In this document: positions 14,562 through 29,960 of the stretch, one piece after another | Position numbering within the stretch: position 1 is the first letter of the stretch | Layout of the letters: each line of letters starts with the position of its first letter | Assembly (NCBI GenBank): GCA_951406725.2 | Contig: OX597828.1 | Span: forward strand, 38,378,001-38,442,000 | Source of the DNA: Octopus vulgaris | Lineage: Eukaryota | Direction: 5' to 3' | DNA: 64,000 bases | Notes under the pieces: model-generated | Databases searched by the model: none | The model's input: the letters and a program-made list of their open reading frames with translations, nothing else | Told to the model about the DNA's origin: nothing | Translations under genes and position numbers: made by a program

Positions 14562-14969
14562 TTACAAACACACACACCACACCACACCACTTCACACCAT
14601 GGCTTATGCATGTGAGTGTAGGAGTGTAGGTGCAAACCAAGAGGGACAATTAAAAGAGAAGGTGTTGTGTGTAGGCATGTGTGTAATTGCAAACTATAAC
14701 CGAACAATTAAATCGGTGTTAGGTGTTATGTAAGCATTGTTAGGTGCACCATTATTTATTGGAATCTGTTTCAGCATGGGGCAACGTTCTAATGCAAAAG
14801 ACTGTCTTCGCTTGGCATCAACGAGTTTAAACAACCCATGTGTCCTTGTCACAGCTAGTCTCTCTCTGTCTGTCTGTCTGTCTGTCTGAGGAGTGTGTGT
14901 GTATGTATGTATGTATGTATGTATGTACGTATGTATGTATGTATGTATGTATGTATGTATGTATGTATG

Positions 14970-15008
<39 letters not shown>

Positions 15009-15059
15009 GTATGTATGTATGTATGTAAGTATGTATGTATGATGTGTGTGTGTGTATGT

Positions 15060-15437
15060 ATACTCTTTACTCTTTTACTTGTTTCAGTCATTTGACCGCG
15101 GCCATGCTGGAGCACCGCCTTTAGTCGAGCAAATCGACCCCGGGACTTATTCTTTGTAAGCCCAGTACTTATTCTATCGGTCTCTTTTTCCGAACCGCTA
15201 AGTGACGGGGACGTAAACACACCAGCATCGGTCGTCAAGCAATGCACAGACACACAAACACACACATACATATATATACATATACATATATACGACAGGC
15301 TTCTTTCAGTTTCCGTCTATCAAATCCACTCACAAGGCATTGGTCGGCCCGGGGCTATAGCAGAAGACATTTGCCCAAGATGCCACGCAGTGGGACTGAA
15401 CCCGGAACCATGTGGTTGGTTAGCAAGCTACTTACCA
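15060..15437 (-). mobile_element. Octopus-type SINE with internal microsatellite
   Basis: Same family as 35480-35900 (opposite strand), 25885-26630 and 1300-1385. Confidence 0.75.
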
Positions 15438-15495
15438 CAAAGAGACAGAGAGTGAGATAAATAGATATTCATATACATACATATATTTATATATA

Positions 15496-15530
<35 letters not shown>

Positions 15531-15632
15531 GAATATGTATAGAGAAAGAGGGGGAGAGAAACAGAGAGAGAGTTTGGTAAGTACTGACACGAAACTCTCG
15601 AATCTTGAGTCCCTTTGTTGTTTCTGATAAAT

Positions 15633-15677
15633 ATGTATGCATGCATACATACATTCATACATACATTCATACATACA

Positions 15678-15711
<34 letters not shown>

Positions 15712-16375
15712 CAAACATACATACATAGATACATACATACATACATACATACATACATACAAACATACATACATAGATACATAGATACAAACATACATAC
15801 ATACATACATACATACATACATACATACAAAAACATACATACATAGATACATACATACATACATACATACATACATACATACATACATACAAACATACAT
15901 ACATACATACATACTTACATGCATACATATATACATACATACAAACATACATACATACATACATACAAACATACATACATGCATACATAGATAGATAGAT
16001 AGATACATACATACATACATACATACAAACATACATACATACATACATACATACATACATACAAACATATATACATACATACATACTTACATACATACAT
16101 ATATACATACATACAAACATACATACATACATACATACAAAAACATACATACATACATACATACATACAAACATACATACATACATACATACATACATAC
16201 ATACATACATACATACATACATACAAACATACATACATACATACATACTTACATACATACATATATACATACATACATACATACATACATACATACATAC
16301 ATACATACATACATACATACATACATACATACATACATACATACATACAAACATACATACATGCATACATACATA
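15633..16375. repeat. (CATA)n tetranucleotide array, ~740 bp
   Basis: Direct inspection. Confidence 0.95.
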
Positions 16376-16436
16376 CCGTGAAGAAATATTGACCACAAAG
16401 ACGATGTGAAATTAAAAGATGTATTAGTTTACTCTC

Positions 16437-16482
<46 letters not shown>

Positions 16483-17060
16483 AATATATACGCTTTTGCT
16501 TGCTTCCATTGTAGACATTTGGCCACCAACTATTTTCCACCATTCCTCCTCACCTCTCACCTCTCATGTCATCTCGTCTCACCTTTTCTTTACAATAATC
16601 ACATCAGCAGGGAGAGTCCCGGAAAGGAAACAAATACCTTCACCGGTTCAGCACCTGGCAGGTATTTGAACCCGACTAGAAATAACTAACAATTATAAAT
16701 ACATCGATCTTTAACAAGCGGCAAATTACTACATAGCAAGAGGACATTTTTTTATGCCTTCCTTGCTGTTTGATATGTACTGTGTTTGTTGTTGTTGTTG
16801 TTGTTGTTGTTCTTCTTCTTCTTCTTCTTCTTCTTCTTCTTCTTCTTCTTCTTCTTCTTCTTCTTCTTCTTCTTCTTCTTCTTCTTCTTCTTCCTATTTT
16901 TTGAAACCGATTTTAACAATCCACTGTCTCATTACTTCCAAGAGAGCTTTGAAATGTTATAGAAATAATTGTTTGTTTTTCGGAAGGTTAATAAATAAAA
17001 GGTGGGGGACCCGGAAGGAAGGTCGTGGATTCGTACCCTCTTATGATGGGTACCACTGTT

Positions 17061-17111
<51 letters not shown>

Positions 17112-18379
17112 ACTGTTGTTGCTTTTGTTTAACCCTGGGTCAGATCTAACATTGCAGACATATATTCAAATATGTCTCATTAATGACCATCAACCTTTTG
17201 TTAGGATCATGTTATTTTTTACTTGGTGCTCTTTTTTTTTTTGTCAACCACTGTATCTAAAACTACACTGAGCCCCGATTAAACTTCTTCCCTTCTTTTT
17301 CTACCATCGTTGTTGTTGTTATGGAAATCCTTGGCATTTTTATTAGCACGCCGCGGAAAATGCTTAGCGATATTTCGTCCAATTTCATGTTCTAAGTTCA
17401 AATTCCGCGGAGGTCGATTTTGTCTTTCACCCTTTCAATAAATAAGTACCAATGGACACGGGGTTCGAAGTAATCGACTTACCCCCTCCCCAACAGAAAG
17501 GATTATCGTTCATGATTTTAAGGCGGCGAGCTGGCAGAATCGTTAGCACTCCGGGCAAAATGCTTAGTAGCATTTCGTCTGTCTTTATGTTCTGAGTTCA
17601 AATTTCGCCGTGGTCAGTTTTTATCTTTAATTCATTAAGGGTCGGTAAAATAAGAAGCAGTTGAATACTGGGATCGAACTCATCGACTTAACTCTCCTCC
17701 GAAATTGCCGACTTTGTGCCAAAATTTGTAACCAATATTTCTTGAATGCCATAATGTTTTTGTTGAATTTGGTATTAATGTTGACATAATTCTTTAGCTT
17801 CTCTACTTCACTTCTGAGCAATATTATAGTGATTTGGTGTTGATATATCTTTTATTAGTAAACTGTTGTAATTTTCGTCATGAAAATGACGTCAGTTCTA
17901 TTTAGTGGCCCTTCCTGTTTCCACATTGTCATATCATTTCCTAAGACATAAGAAACTATACGTGGAGGCACATGGCCTAGTGGTTAGAGCAGCGGACTCG
18001 CGGTCGAGGGATCGCGGGTTCGAATCTCAGACCGGGCGATGTGTGTGTTTATGAGTGAAACACCTAAGCTCCACGTTGCCTCCTGGCAGAAGGTAATGGC
18101 GACTTCTGCTGACTCTTTCGCCACAACTTTCTCTCACTCTTTCCTCCTGCGACGGACCGGCATCCCGTCCAGGTGGGGAACCTATACGCCAAGGAAACCG
18201 GAAAACCGGCCCTATGAGCCAGGCGTGGCTCGAGAAGGAACAAACAACATTACTATATATAGAGAAAGCTGACCAGATTCTAAGAACTAACGCTCTGTTA
18301 AATTTATAACATTTCCGATTTAGAAAGAGTTTTAAATGAATAAACTAGTCCCATCCTGTTGAAGTTAACCTACAGCACT

Positions 18380-18692
18380 GTTATACAACGTCATGTACCC
18401 TAACTGTCCCTAACTGTCCCTAATAATACTGCATTCTGGAGCTACACTAAACTTTTATGCCTATTTCTTCGCTCCATCTATTCAAATCTTTACTGGTAGT
18501 TCTTAGTGCACCTATAACTAAAACGATACATTTTACCCATGCATTCCATGGCCTCTGTAATTCAATGGCGAGATCCTGGTACTTTACTATTTTCTCTATG
18601 TCTTTCATATTGACTTTCTCATCATTTGGGACTGCAAAGTCAGTTACTTGGCACTTTCTATTCTCTTTGTCTACTACTACTAAATCAGACAT
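18380..18692 (-). mobile_element. Dong/R4-like non-LTR fragment (restriction-like endonuclease domain)
   Basis: DLVVVDKENRKCQVTDFAVPND..KIVKYQDLAIELQRPW..VIGAL matches the RLE PD..D..P..K..KY motif. Confidence 0.8.
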
Positions 18693-19403
18693 CATTATTA
18701 TTATTACTATTATCATTACTGATTTGACTCAGGTTCGTTCTTATTCCTGATATAATTTATGTGGGTTGCGGGTTACGACCTTAGGTAACCTTAGGTATCT
18801 ACAAGCGTTCAATAGTCTCTCAAGTACTTAGAAACCTCCTGATAATCTTTTCTGTCCCTAAGAGGCAAACTTTCTTTAGAAACTCAGCAAGACATTCTGT
18901 TCCAATCTTCTTCAACCATTAGTCTGCATCTTTGCATCAATTCTTACAGGTATCAATTCTTACAGACACCAATTTTTACAGTTTCCATACTCTCCAAATT
19001 CATGCAATTTCAAATTGTAAGGGACTGTATTTTTATTTTTATTTTATTTCTTTTTTTTTTTGTTTTACATACTCTTTTTTTACCATCCTACAATTAAATG
19101 GACATGATGGATCTTTTAGTATTTAGGAAGCAGCTTCGCTTTTCTTCGTCGGTTATTGCCATGTCTGGTCTGTTATTTTCTAGCTCCTTATTCGTTTAAA
19201 TAGTAAAATCACACGAAATTTTGCATTTCCCTTTATTATTATTGTTGTTGTTGTTGTTGTTGTTCTTCTTCTTCTTCTTCTTCTTGTTAATGTGACACAT
19301 AAATTAAGCAATATAATAGAGGAGTATCTACAAAAAGAAATCCAGCATATATTTATATATATATTCAAATCCTTATTAATTGTACTTTTTCTTACTTTTT
19401 CAG

Positions 19404-19457
19404 GTAATGCTGAAATATCAGGACAAAGATATTCTTGAAAATCGTCTCAAAGAACAT
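19404..19457 (+). CDS. CHS: Myosin-chitin synthase exon (VMLKYQDKDILENRLKEH, end of motor domain)
   Basis: Strong pyrimidine tract + CAG, GTAAGC donor, phase 0-0; completes GKTKVxLKY. Confidence 0.85.
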
Positions 19458-19583
19458 GTAAGCTCAGTTTCATTTTGGTTGAGTTTCAGATCATATGTCT
19501 ATTAGTCTACAAGTATTTTCTTCCTTGCCTTTGATAATTTTGTCTGGTCGATTAACCTGGATCGTTCTGTCAGTGTTGACCTA

Positions 19584-19725
<142 letters not shown>

Positions 19726-19730
19726 CATCA

Positions 19731-19789
<59 letters not shown>

Positions 19790-19829
19790 AATAATAATAG
19801 TATTATTATTATTACTACTACTACTATTA

Positions 19830-20510
19830 TTGTAGAGTACATATTAAAGGGGTTGTGTTTTATTGCATATTTACTGTATAGGGTGTGTTTGTGTTTGTGG
19901 GTTGCTGTATTTGTATTGTACCAATGAATTGATAGTGTCTTGTGTTGGATGTGGACTGTTCTATGTAGGAACAACATTTTCAGTTTTGTAAAATATTGAG
20001 GGTCCAGGTATAGCTTCTACGTTTTTGTTCATATGTTTTTGTTTTTTTTATCATACCCAATGCTCCAGTTATCACTGTATTGTTTTTAACTTTATGCCTC
20101 ACATCTTGGATTCTTCCATTCCGAGATCTCTGTACTTAACAATTTCTCCAAATTTTTGGAGGCAATATTGGTCAGAAGGGTCCGCAATCTCTGTCAGTAA
20201 GCAGAATTTTTTGTGTTGTTTTCTCCAATCCTTGATTACTATGTCTGAGAGATTAGCTTTGATTTCTTTGTCACTTTGAATAGGCATATCATAGATGGTT
20301 GTGGTCTGGTCGTCGTCATGTACCTTGTATGTCAGATGTTTATACCATTTCTTGTATGTTTTTATGTTGCAGTGTTAGCGTATTGTCCAGTGGATATAAC
20401 TACTTACTCGGCCATACAGGCATATATGGACAGAGATGTTGTGGTTAACTGCCTCATTGTGCTGGTTGCACATTCTACATTTGGTGTTTGGTTGCACATT
20501 CTGCATTTGG
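19830..20510 (-). mobile_element. Dong/R4-like non-LTR fragment (Zn knuckle + RLE)
   Basis: KCRMCNQHNEAVNH, IKANLSDIVIKD..CLLTEIADP..KIVKYRDL; 3' end abuts an (ATT)n tract. Confidence 0.75.
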
Positions 20511-21269
20511 CGACAGCGAGCTCGCAGAATCGTTACCACACCGGACCAAGTACTTAGCAGCACTTGGTCCGTCTTAACGTCCTGATATTATATGCCGCCG
20601 TGGTCAACATTTCAGCATTCGTTCTTTTGGGATCGAGGAATTAAGTACAGTAAAGAAATAAGAAACGTTAGCACGCCGGGCGAAATGCTTAGCGGTATTT
20701 CGGGGTCGATTAAATAAGTACCAGTTACGTACTAGGGTCGATATAATCGACTTAATCCGTTTGTCTGTCCTTGTTTGTCCTCTCTGTGTTTAGCCTCTTG
20801 TGGGTAGTAAAGAAATAGATATTTGGTCTGTCTTTATGTTCTGAGTTCAAATTCCGCCGAGGTCGACTTTGCCTTTCATCCTTTCGGGGTCGATAAATTA
20901 AGTACCAGTTGCGTACTGGGGTCGATCTAAATCGACTGGCTCTCTCCCCCAAACGTTTCGGGCCTTGCATCTAGAGTAGAAAAAAATATTACATGAGGTA
21001 ATTTGTCAGTTAACTTTAAATCATTTGATATTACATAATTTTTCAAAACATCTACGCAGAAGCACTCGTAAGCATACGCACAAACACACACACACACATA
21101 CACACTTTCTCTTTCTCTCTCCCCCTATATATGTGTGTGCGCGTGTGTGTGTGTGTGTGTGTGTGTGAATGTGTGCACCCACGCACACACATACGCAAAT
21201 ATTCGCACGCATGTATTTAAACACATATGCACTTATACAAGCAATGTCACGCCTGGCTGCATATACCGG

Positions 21270-21332
<63 letters not shown>

Positions 21333-21870
21333 GCTTTAAAAGCAGTTACTCGATTGGCCATTTAATTATTTCCCTTTTTTATTACTTTGTTAGCTTGACG
21401 TTTCAGGTGGTGTTATTATTGTTGTGGTTTTATCACGGTTTTTCTTATTGTTTTATTATTTTTCTCTCTGCTTTTTACTTTTCTTATTGTTGTTGTGATT
21501 GCGGTTTTAAAGTAAGTGTCCACCTTACGCAACAGATCCAAACGTTTGAGTCACGGTCTCGCTTGAATGGTTTCGTCTGTATAGAAGGACGGGAGTTGTA
21601 CTGAAGAGAGAGGGAAGTAAGAGAGGGGAGTGTTATTGTGAGTGTGGGGGGGAATATGTGAATGTGAGACAAAGATAGAGACAGAGGTGAATATCTTAAT
21701 TAGAAAAGGTAATGCTTGAGAAAAAGACAAAGAGAGAGGCGGCGGAGAGGTGGAGAGAGGGTATGAAAAAGATTAGGAGAGAAATGAGCAGGTAAAATAA
21801 AGAAGGTGAGTTTGGTGTTAGATCGAAAGGTAGTTTAAGAGGAGGAACAGTGAATGGGGTTTGTGAGAGG

Positions 21871-21901
<31 letters not shown>

Positions 21902-23002
21902 GTTGAAACATTGTCAAAAATAGATGTAATCAAAGAAGACGACAGAGAGAAAAGGAAGATAGATTGATAGAGAAAGAATGGGAGAGGAAGATGGAGGGAG
22001 ACAGGGGGTGAGAGAGACAGAAAGAGAAGGGAAGAATTAGAAAGGGAATGAGAGAATCAGCGGATTGGCCTTTGGGTCGGAATGATGGAGTGGGTGGCAT
22101 ATAAGGAGATGGGAAGAGAAAGGAATGAGGAGAGGGTGAAAAAGAAAAAGGGAAGGACGTACAGAAGCAAAAGAAAACTTTGAAAAGAGAGAGAGAGAGA
22201 ATTAAGGGAGACAAACAAATGAGAGAGAGAAAGAGAGAAGCGTTCATTAAAAAAACAAAAGAGAAAATATGGATGCAAAAGAGAAAATGAAGGCTTTTTG
22301 TACTTGTTCGATTTTGTGACGGCTCCTATTGTTGTTTTATTGTTGATGTTGTTGTTGTCGTTAATTAATGTTACGCAGGTGTTAAAAAGTATTTCTTCTT
22401 CCATCAAATAAACACACACACACACACACACAATATATTTTTCTTGGACAAATGAAGAAACAACAAGAATCGAAACGAGCTTATTTTATTTGTTTTTAAC
22501 GTTTCAATCAATGGTGACCCTTTATCATTCTACCCGGATGGATAGGGGTAGGGCAAAAAAGCGTGGCAACTCTCCTGTGGATTATACCTACCTAATGAAA
22601 TAATGAAAAGAAAAAGGAAGACAAAACTTTAAGGATATCTCTCTCTTCCTCTCTTTCTCATCGTACCGCTTCTGTTTATATGTTACAAATCGGACTCAAA
22701 ACGGAAATATTTATTTTATGCTTAATGTTTTAGGTTTTACCATACAGTTAGCTCCAAAAATATTCGTCACATAAATTTTTGGCCATTATTTTTTTTTTTT
22801 ACAATTATATAATTTCACGTATATTTTTTACCGATAAAAAATAGTTTGTTTTCTTTTATCTTCGATGAAAATTCCTTTTAATGTATTTATTTTCCTTCTA
22901 TGAAGGATTTAACTTCCAAATAAGAGATGATTAAAATAAGAAAACTAAAGAATATATTACTTAATTGAAGCATCACTTGACATTATACATTACAATTTTG
23001 AC

Positions 23003-23058
<56 letters not shown>

Positions 23059-23298
23059 AACACACACACACATATAGATACATACATACATATGTACTTA
23101 ACTTAAGACGCATAGTGCTGTTGTGCGTGTATGGGTGTCTGGAGATGTCCGGGTATTTTATTTTAACTACATTTATCAAGCTTCGGATGACAAAGGAAAC
23201 CAAATGGACCACGAAAGGTTTGTATTCTTACTGTAATCATTATTTTACTGGTTTTAGCCACCATATTTTTGTTTTGTCTTGAACTACTGTGGAAATGT

Positions 23299-23377
<79 letters not shown>

Positions 23378-24274
23378 TAATAATGATGATGATGATAATG
23401 TGTATATTGGGCTTCGTATATTTGTACCCCAGTGTCACTTTGATTGCATGCATTACTCTCTCACTCAATAATAATAGTAATAACAACAACAACAACAACA
23501 TCAATAACAACAACAACAGCAACAACAACAACAACAGCAACAACAACAACAACAACAGCAACAACAACAACAACAACAGCAACAACAACAACAACAACTA
23601 TAATAATAATAATGATAATAATAATAATAATGGTTTCAAATTTTGGCACAAGGCAGCAAGTTCGGGTGAGTGGGGAGATCGATTACATCGATCCCAATGC
23701 TCAACTGGTACTATTTTATTGACCCCGAAAGGATGAAGGGCAAAGTCAACCTCGGTGGAATTTGAACTTGGAACGTAATGAGTCGGGAGAAATGTCGCTA
23801 AGCATTTTATCCTTTCTGCTAACGATTCTGCCAATCGCGGTTACTTATTTTGTGGGTGGGGGCCGGGTAGAGCAGTGAATTGCATCGATCTCAGTACTTG
23901 ATTGATTTGTACATTACTCAATCAATTCCTATTGTGCCCGCGGAAAAAGAAAAAGAAAATCAAAATTGACTGCAGTGAGATTCGAACTCACATTGTAAAC
24001 ACCCGTGCATGCTAAAAGAAAGTTATAAGGCTTATAGTCAGACACTCAGCTGGTTCTGCCAGTCCGTTGGTTGTGTTTTAACATAGGTATATGACACAAA
24101 TTTCAAAATTTAGGCTATATTGTTCACTCCTTGTATATTTTGAGTTCAAATTCTGTTGGAGTTGGCTTTGCATCTTATTCTTCGGGGTTGTGAATCGATA
24201 AAATAACTGCACCCCATAAATTCGAGTTTGAACACACACACACACACACTCTCTCTCTCTCTCTCTATCTATCT

Positions 24275-24351
<77 letters not shown>

Positions 24352-24943
24352 TCAAAAATATTGGGGTATTTGTGCTTGTATCAGAGTCATTTTATTAAAT
24401 ATTTATCAGATAGCACTTAAATAAAGGTGACAGGGTCATTGCCCCTTGGTAGATTTTAAGAACGGGGGCTGAGAGTGGTGACATGTGCCCATGGTTACAT
24501 GTGCCAACCACGCCTACCCCGATACCACCAACACCATCAACATCACTATACCTCCATTAACACCACCAACAATAACAATACCAATGAGAAGCATTGCCAT
24601 CAGCCTTACTAATACCACCAACACCAGCACCATCGTCATCACCATCAACAACAACAACAGCAACAACGAAGACCGTCAACAAGCACATTACCAACACCAT
24701 TAACATTAATATGAACCCCATTTCCACTATCACAACCAACAACAACAACAGCAACAAGGGCCGTCAACAATAACAATGGCAGAACGAGCACTACCAACAA
24801 CAACAGCAACAACAACATCGTAACCACCATCACCAACACCGCCAACATTTAAACCTGCCACATTCGGCCAAAACATTCTACCTGTTTAATGTTCGAAATG
24901 GCCAGATCTATCCTTTCACACCTGTCCTACAATGTCATATACA

Positions 24944-25068
<125 letters not shown>

Positions 25069-25415
25069 ATACAACGGGCTTCTTTCAGTTTCTGTCTACG
25101 AAATCCACTCACAAAGCTTTGGTTGGCCCGAGGCCATAGTAGAAGACACCTGTCCAAGGTGCCAGTAGTGGGACTGAACTTGGAACCACGTAGTTGGTAG
25201 GCAAGCTATTTACCACACAGCCACTCCTATGGAGGTGGTTTCTCCATTACTCTCTTAAAATATTGATGATCCAGGTTTTGTTATTTATTATTGATGTTGT
25301 TAAGAAGGTTGCATCTATCTCTTTTTTTATAAATATTTTTGTTTTCTTGGTGTTTTTATTCCTTTTTATTTGTTTCTTTTTCTTTTTTTTTCCAATGTTT
25401 CATTACTCATTCAAG

Positions 25416-25636
25416 GAGGATCGTAATTTTGGAACAAATGTCTCAAATATCGCAGCTTCCACGAGATCGTCGTTTTCTAGCAATGGACCTATACAAGACA
25501 ACAGAGTGAACCTCTTAAAACACAAACTCGGTGTCAAACTAAGCACTGAACAGTCGAAAGACATCAACATAAGTAAAACGCCTGAAAGAAACGTAATGGA
25601 CGACGAATCTTTCAGCAAAGATGAGGGAGGCGTACC
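25416..25636 (+). CDS. CHS: Myosin-chitin synthase exon (low-complexity linker EDRNFG...DEGGVP)
   Basis: Long T-rich tract + AAG acceptor, GTAAGT donor; phase 0-2 exactly bridges the flanking exons; open frame. Confidence 0.75.
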
Positions 25637-26376
25637 GTAAGTTACTTCCCTTTGTTGTTCTATGTAACATGATACAGGTACACCAACGGTATCCCGAGAA
25701 CTTGAAATTTCCGTAACTGACAGTTTAGTTCAATGGCGTTGTGTGTACCGTGTATTTATTTGCATTATTTAAACTGCATTTGTTAGTGGCAATACCAAGA
25801 TTTTGAGAGATCTTATTAAGCTTAAAGATTACCCTTAGTTATGGCTGTGTCAGATTATTGAGATGAGAGCGTCAGTGGTACTCTCTTTGCTATTTTACTT
25901 CTTTTACTTGTTCCAGTCATTTGACTGCGGCCAAGCTGGAGCACCGCCTTTAGTCGAGCATATCGACCCCAGGACTTATTCTTTGTAAGCCCAGTACTTA
26001 TTCTATCGGGGTTTTTTTTGCCGAACCGCTAAGTTGCAGGAACGTAAACACACCACCATCAATTATCAAGCGATGTTGGGGGGGGACAAACACAGACACA
26101 CAAACATATACACACACCCACACACACATATATATAACTTTTATATATATTGGCCTGCTCGCTTAGCCAACGGGGTGGCGTCATTTGAAGGCTAAAACAA
26201 TGCGAAGCGCATTGTGACCAGTGATGTTTAACAACATCTGATAGCCTGGTCGGTCACAGTCACAGTGATATATATATATATATATATATATAATTCGAAA
26301 CACGTGTAGAATGAAATAAAACGATTTCTGTTCAATCTGCGTTCAGCTCCATTTCTTCAATTCACCAATAATATTT

Positions 26377-26408
<32 letters not shown>

Positions 26409-26435
26409 TGTGTGTGTGTATATATATATATATTA

Positions 26436-26476
<41 letters not shown>

Positions 26477-27615
26477 GACGGGCTTCTTTCAGTTTCCGTC
26501 TACCAAATCCACTCACAAGGCTTCGGTCGGCCCGAGGCTATAGTAGGAGATACTTGCCCAAGGTGCCACGCAGTGGGACTGAACCCGGAACCATGTGGTT
26601 GGTAAGCAAGCTACTTACCACACAGCCACTGCTGCGCCAAACATAAGCACTAATCTATGTCGATCCAAGGTAAACAATAATTATTTATGGTATTTCAGAC
26701 GCATGGTTAGAGGTGTACTGATGAAGTATTAGTTTGTGACCACATATAATCCAACAAATTGGTTATTTCGCCAAGGCTTTGGAATCAAGGATACCAGAAA
26801 ATCAGTAGTGTGCCTGCATTAGTATTTAAGCTGTCATTGTCCTTTCTTCGCTTCATGGTTTGTCCACATTACTTCGTAAGGAGAATAGGACCAGTTTTTC
26901 AGCTTCTCTAACGTATGTATTCCTCCCTGGATGGGACGCCAGTCTGTTACAGCATTATTCATTTCTAACAGCTGAGTGAATTGGAGCAATATGAAATGAA
27001 GTGTTTTTCCCAAGAACATAACGCATCGCTCGGACCAGGAACCGAAACCACAATGCTACGATCATTAATCCAACACTTTAACCACTAAGCCATATACCTT
27101 CACTCTTCATTAGAATTACTAATTAGATATTTTACTTTGCTTTGTCATGTAAATGGTGTCTATAAGTAATAACAAGATAAAGATCATTCCCGTGTCATAT
27201 AGACCCGTGGGGGTCCGTTTCCCGGTAACTGTGGCGTATATATTTTCCCCCCTGGACCGGACGCTGGTCCATCGCAGGATTATTCATGTTTGCCATGTGA
27301 ATGAACTGAAGCAATGTGAAATGAAATATTTTGCTCAAAAACACAATGAATCATTCCACCCAGGAATCGAAACCACAACCATGGGATCATCAGTCCCACA
27401 CCCTAACCATTAAGCTATATCCATGTGTGTGATCAAACTCAGTGATTAATTTGTGTAAAAGCATCTAATGGTGCACAAACATTGTTTAGAAGTTAAGATT
27501 TAGGAATAAGATAAACGGTATCTTTTCTTTTAACATCATGTCAGTATATGTGTGTTCCTGTCTCTCTTCTCCTGTGTGTATATGTAAATATATGTTTTCA
27601 TGCATATACATATAC

Positions 27616-27679
<64 letters not shown>

Positions 27680-27827
27680 TATAAAAGGAATAAATTATCC
27701 TCGCCGATACTGTATTATCTCACAAATCTCTACTCTCCTCTTTCTTATCAATTATGTATGTGTGTATAAGTATAAAAACATATATATTTATATTTACATA
27801 TGCATATGTATATATATATAGAGAGAG

Positions 27828-27900
<73 letters not shown>

Positions 27901-27915
27901 TAGATAGAGATACAC

Positions 27916-27974
<59 letters not shown>

Positions 27975-27982
<8 letters not shown>

Positions 27983-28306
27983 TATTAAATTAGAGATAAA
28001 ACCACTATTAGGCAAATCAAACAATGAAAAACTGAAGCCAATACATAAAATTAATTAATTTATATTATTTTAAATATATATCAAAAGTATTAAAAGTTTA
28101 ATAAAAGATAATTATCTTTTATTAAACTTTTAATACTTTTGATATATATTTAAAATAATATAAATTAATTAATTTTATTGATTTGCCTAATAGTGGTTTT
28201 ATCTCTAATTTAATATAATATAATATTTTACTTATAAAATTGGATTCAATCCTAAATCTGATTTTTCCCTGTAAGTTTGGATTTATTCCCTAATATTTTA
28301 TTATAT

Positions 28307-28308
<2 letters not shown>
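27975..28308 (+). mobile_element. Hairpin (5'-inverted) element in (TA)n, family A
   Basis: Long palindrome centred near 28110 (gataattatc); tail homologous to 12965-13050. Confidence 0.75.
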
Positions 28309-28340
<32 letters not shown>

Positions 28341-28453
28341 ATATATACGCACGCCTATATAAGATATCCTAGGCATTGCAATTATTATGACATTCTCTCA
28401 ACAAAGCTTTCCTCATTTCCAGTTCTGAATTTCATTTTGTTTTCTTTTCGCAG

Positions 28454-28634
28454 AAGTTATGACTTCTTCCGAGAAACCGAACGTGAGATCGACAACGAGA
28501 TTGATTTCTTCAACAAACTTTTGAAGCTTCTTCGAATCCTCTTCTATTTATTCACCATCTCTGGAATTCTAGTCACGGGAGTTGTCAACAGGATTTCTTT
28601 ACAGCTAATGGCCACTGCTAAACCTCCTCACTCG
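28454..28634 (+). CDS. CHS: Chitin synthase exon (SYDFFRETERE... first TM helix)
   Basis: CAG/GTGAGC boundaries, phase 2-0; resembles the CHS N-terminal 'WDxFRE' followed by TM1. Confidence 0.9.
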
Positions 28635-28806
28635 GTGAGCGCTTGTTTGAAGATGTAGAAAGAAATTGCGTTTATAGACATAGGGATTACGTAACTATTG
28701 CTCTGATAGGAAAACATTTTACTAGCGTCAATGATTGAAAATGGTGCTTTTTTTTTAGCTTTATTTTTCCTGCTATCATTATTCTCTCCCTCTCTCACTC
28801 ACTCTC

Positions 28807-28876
<70 letters not shown>

Positions 28877-28883
28877 ACTCTCT

Positions 28884-29645
28884 CGACTTTGCCTCTCATC
28901 GTTTCGGGGTCGATAAATTAAGTACCAGTTAAGAACTCGGGTCGATGTAATCGGCTTAATCTGTTTGTCCTTGTTTGTCCCTTCTGTGTTTAGCCCCTTG
29001 TGGGTAGTAAAGAAATAGAAATAGGTATTTCATCTGCCGTTACGTTCTGAGTTCAAATTCCGCAGAGGTCGACTTTGCCTTTCATCCTTTCGGGGTCGAT
29101 TAAATAAGTACCAGTTACGCACTGGGGTCGATATAATCGACTTAATCCGTTTGTCTGCCCTTGTTTGTCCCTTCTCTGTTTAGCCCCTTGTGAGTAGTGA
29201 AGAAATAGATATTTCGTCAACCGTTACGTTCTGAGTTCAAATTCCGCCGAGGTCGACTTTGCCTTTTATCCTTTCGGGACCGATTAAATAAGTTTCAGTT
29301 ACGCACCGGGGTCGATGTTATTGACTTAATCCCTTTATCTGTCCTTGTTTTCCCCCTCTATGTTTAGCCCCTTGTGGGCAATAAAGAAATAAATATAATA
29401 TCCTATGAAAGGGCGGGCGAGCTGACAGAATCGTTAGCGCGCCGGTCGAAATACTTAGCGGTATTTCGTCAACCGTTACGTTCTGAGATCAAATTCCGCC
29501 GAGGTCGACTTTGCCTTTTATCCATTCGGGACCGATTAAATAAGTTCTAGTTATGTACTGGGGTCAATGTAATCGGCTTAATACCTTTGTCTGTCCTTGT
29601 TTGTCCCCTCTATGTTTAGCCCCCTGTGGGCAATAAAGAAATAAA
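28884..29645 (+). repeat. Tandem array of about four SINE-derived units
   Basis: Repeated gttctgagttcaaattccgccgaggtcgactttgcc..tttagccccttgtggg units. Confidence 0.85.
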
Positions 29646-29960
29646 TATAATATAATATGACGGTCTCACCCATCGAAGACGACGTATGAATGTTCAGCTT
29701 TTGCCGAACGACCTGCACAAATGATTTGTTTATAGTAATCGAACATATTTGCAATACATTAGCTCATTCCCTCCATCAAACCGGTGTTGCCTGAAGAGGT
29801 GTACGGTGTATCACGCATCAGGTGTCAAAGTGATCGCAGAGCACCGTATGGTGAAATGTTTTGCTCAAAAACATAACACACCACCGGATCTAGAATTTGA
29901 AACTACAATCTCGCGATCACGAATGCAACACCCTAACCACTAGGCCATGCGTCCTAATAT

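Noticed and set aside
14117-16529. Long ORFs such as YIYIYI and MYVCMYV (up to 322 aa)
   Set aside because: Translations of (TA)n and (CATA)n microsatellites; the same applies to poly-I/N/L/Y ORFs elsewhere
17964-18036. tRNA-like sequence with A and B boxes
   Set aside because: Continues into a SINE body shared with many copies; a SINE head, not a tRNA gene
28884-29645. Regularly repeated units resembling a CRISPR array
   Set aside because: Whole units repeat with no unique spacers; SINE-derived, eukaryotic context, no cas genes
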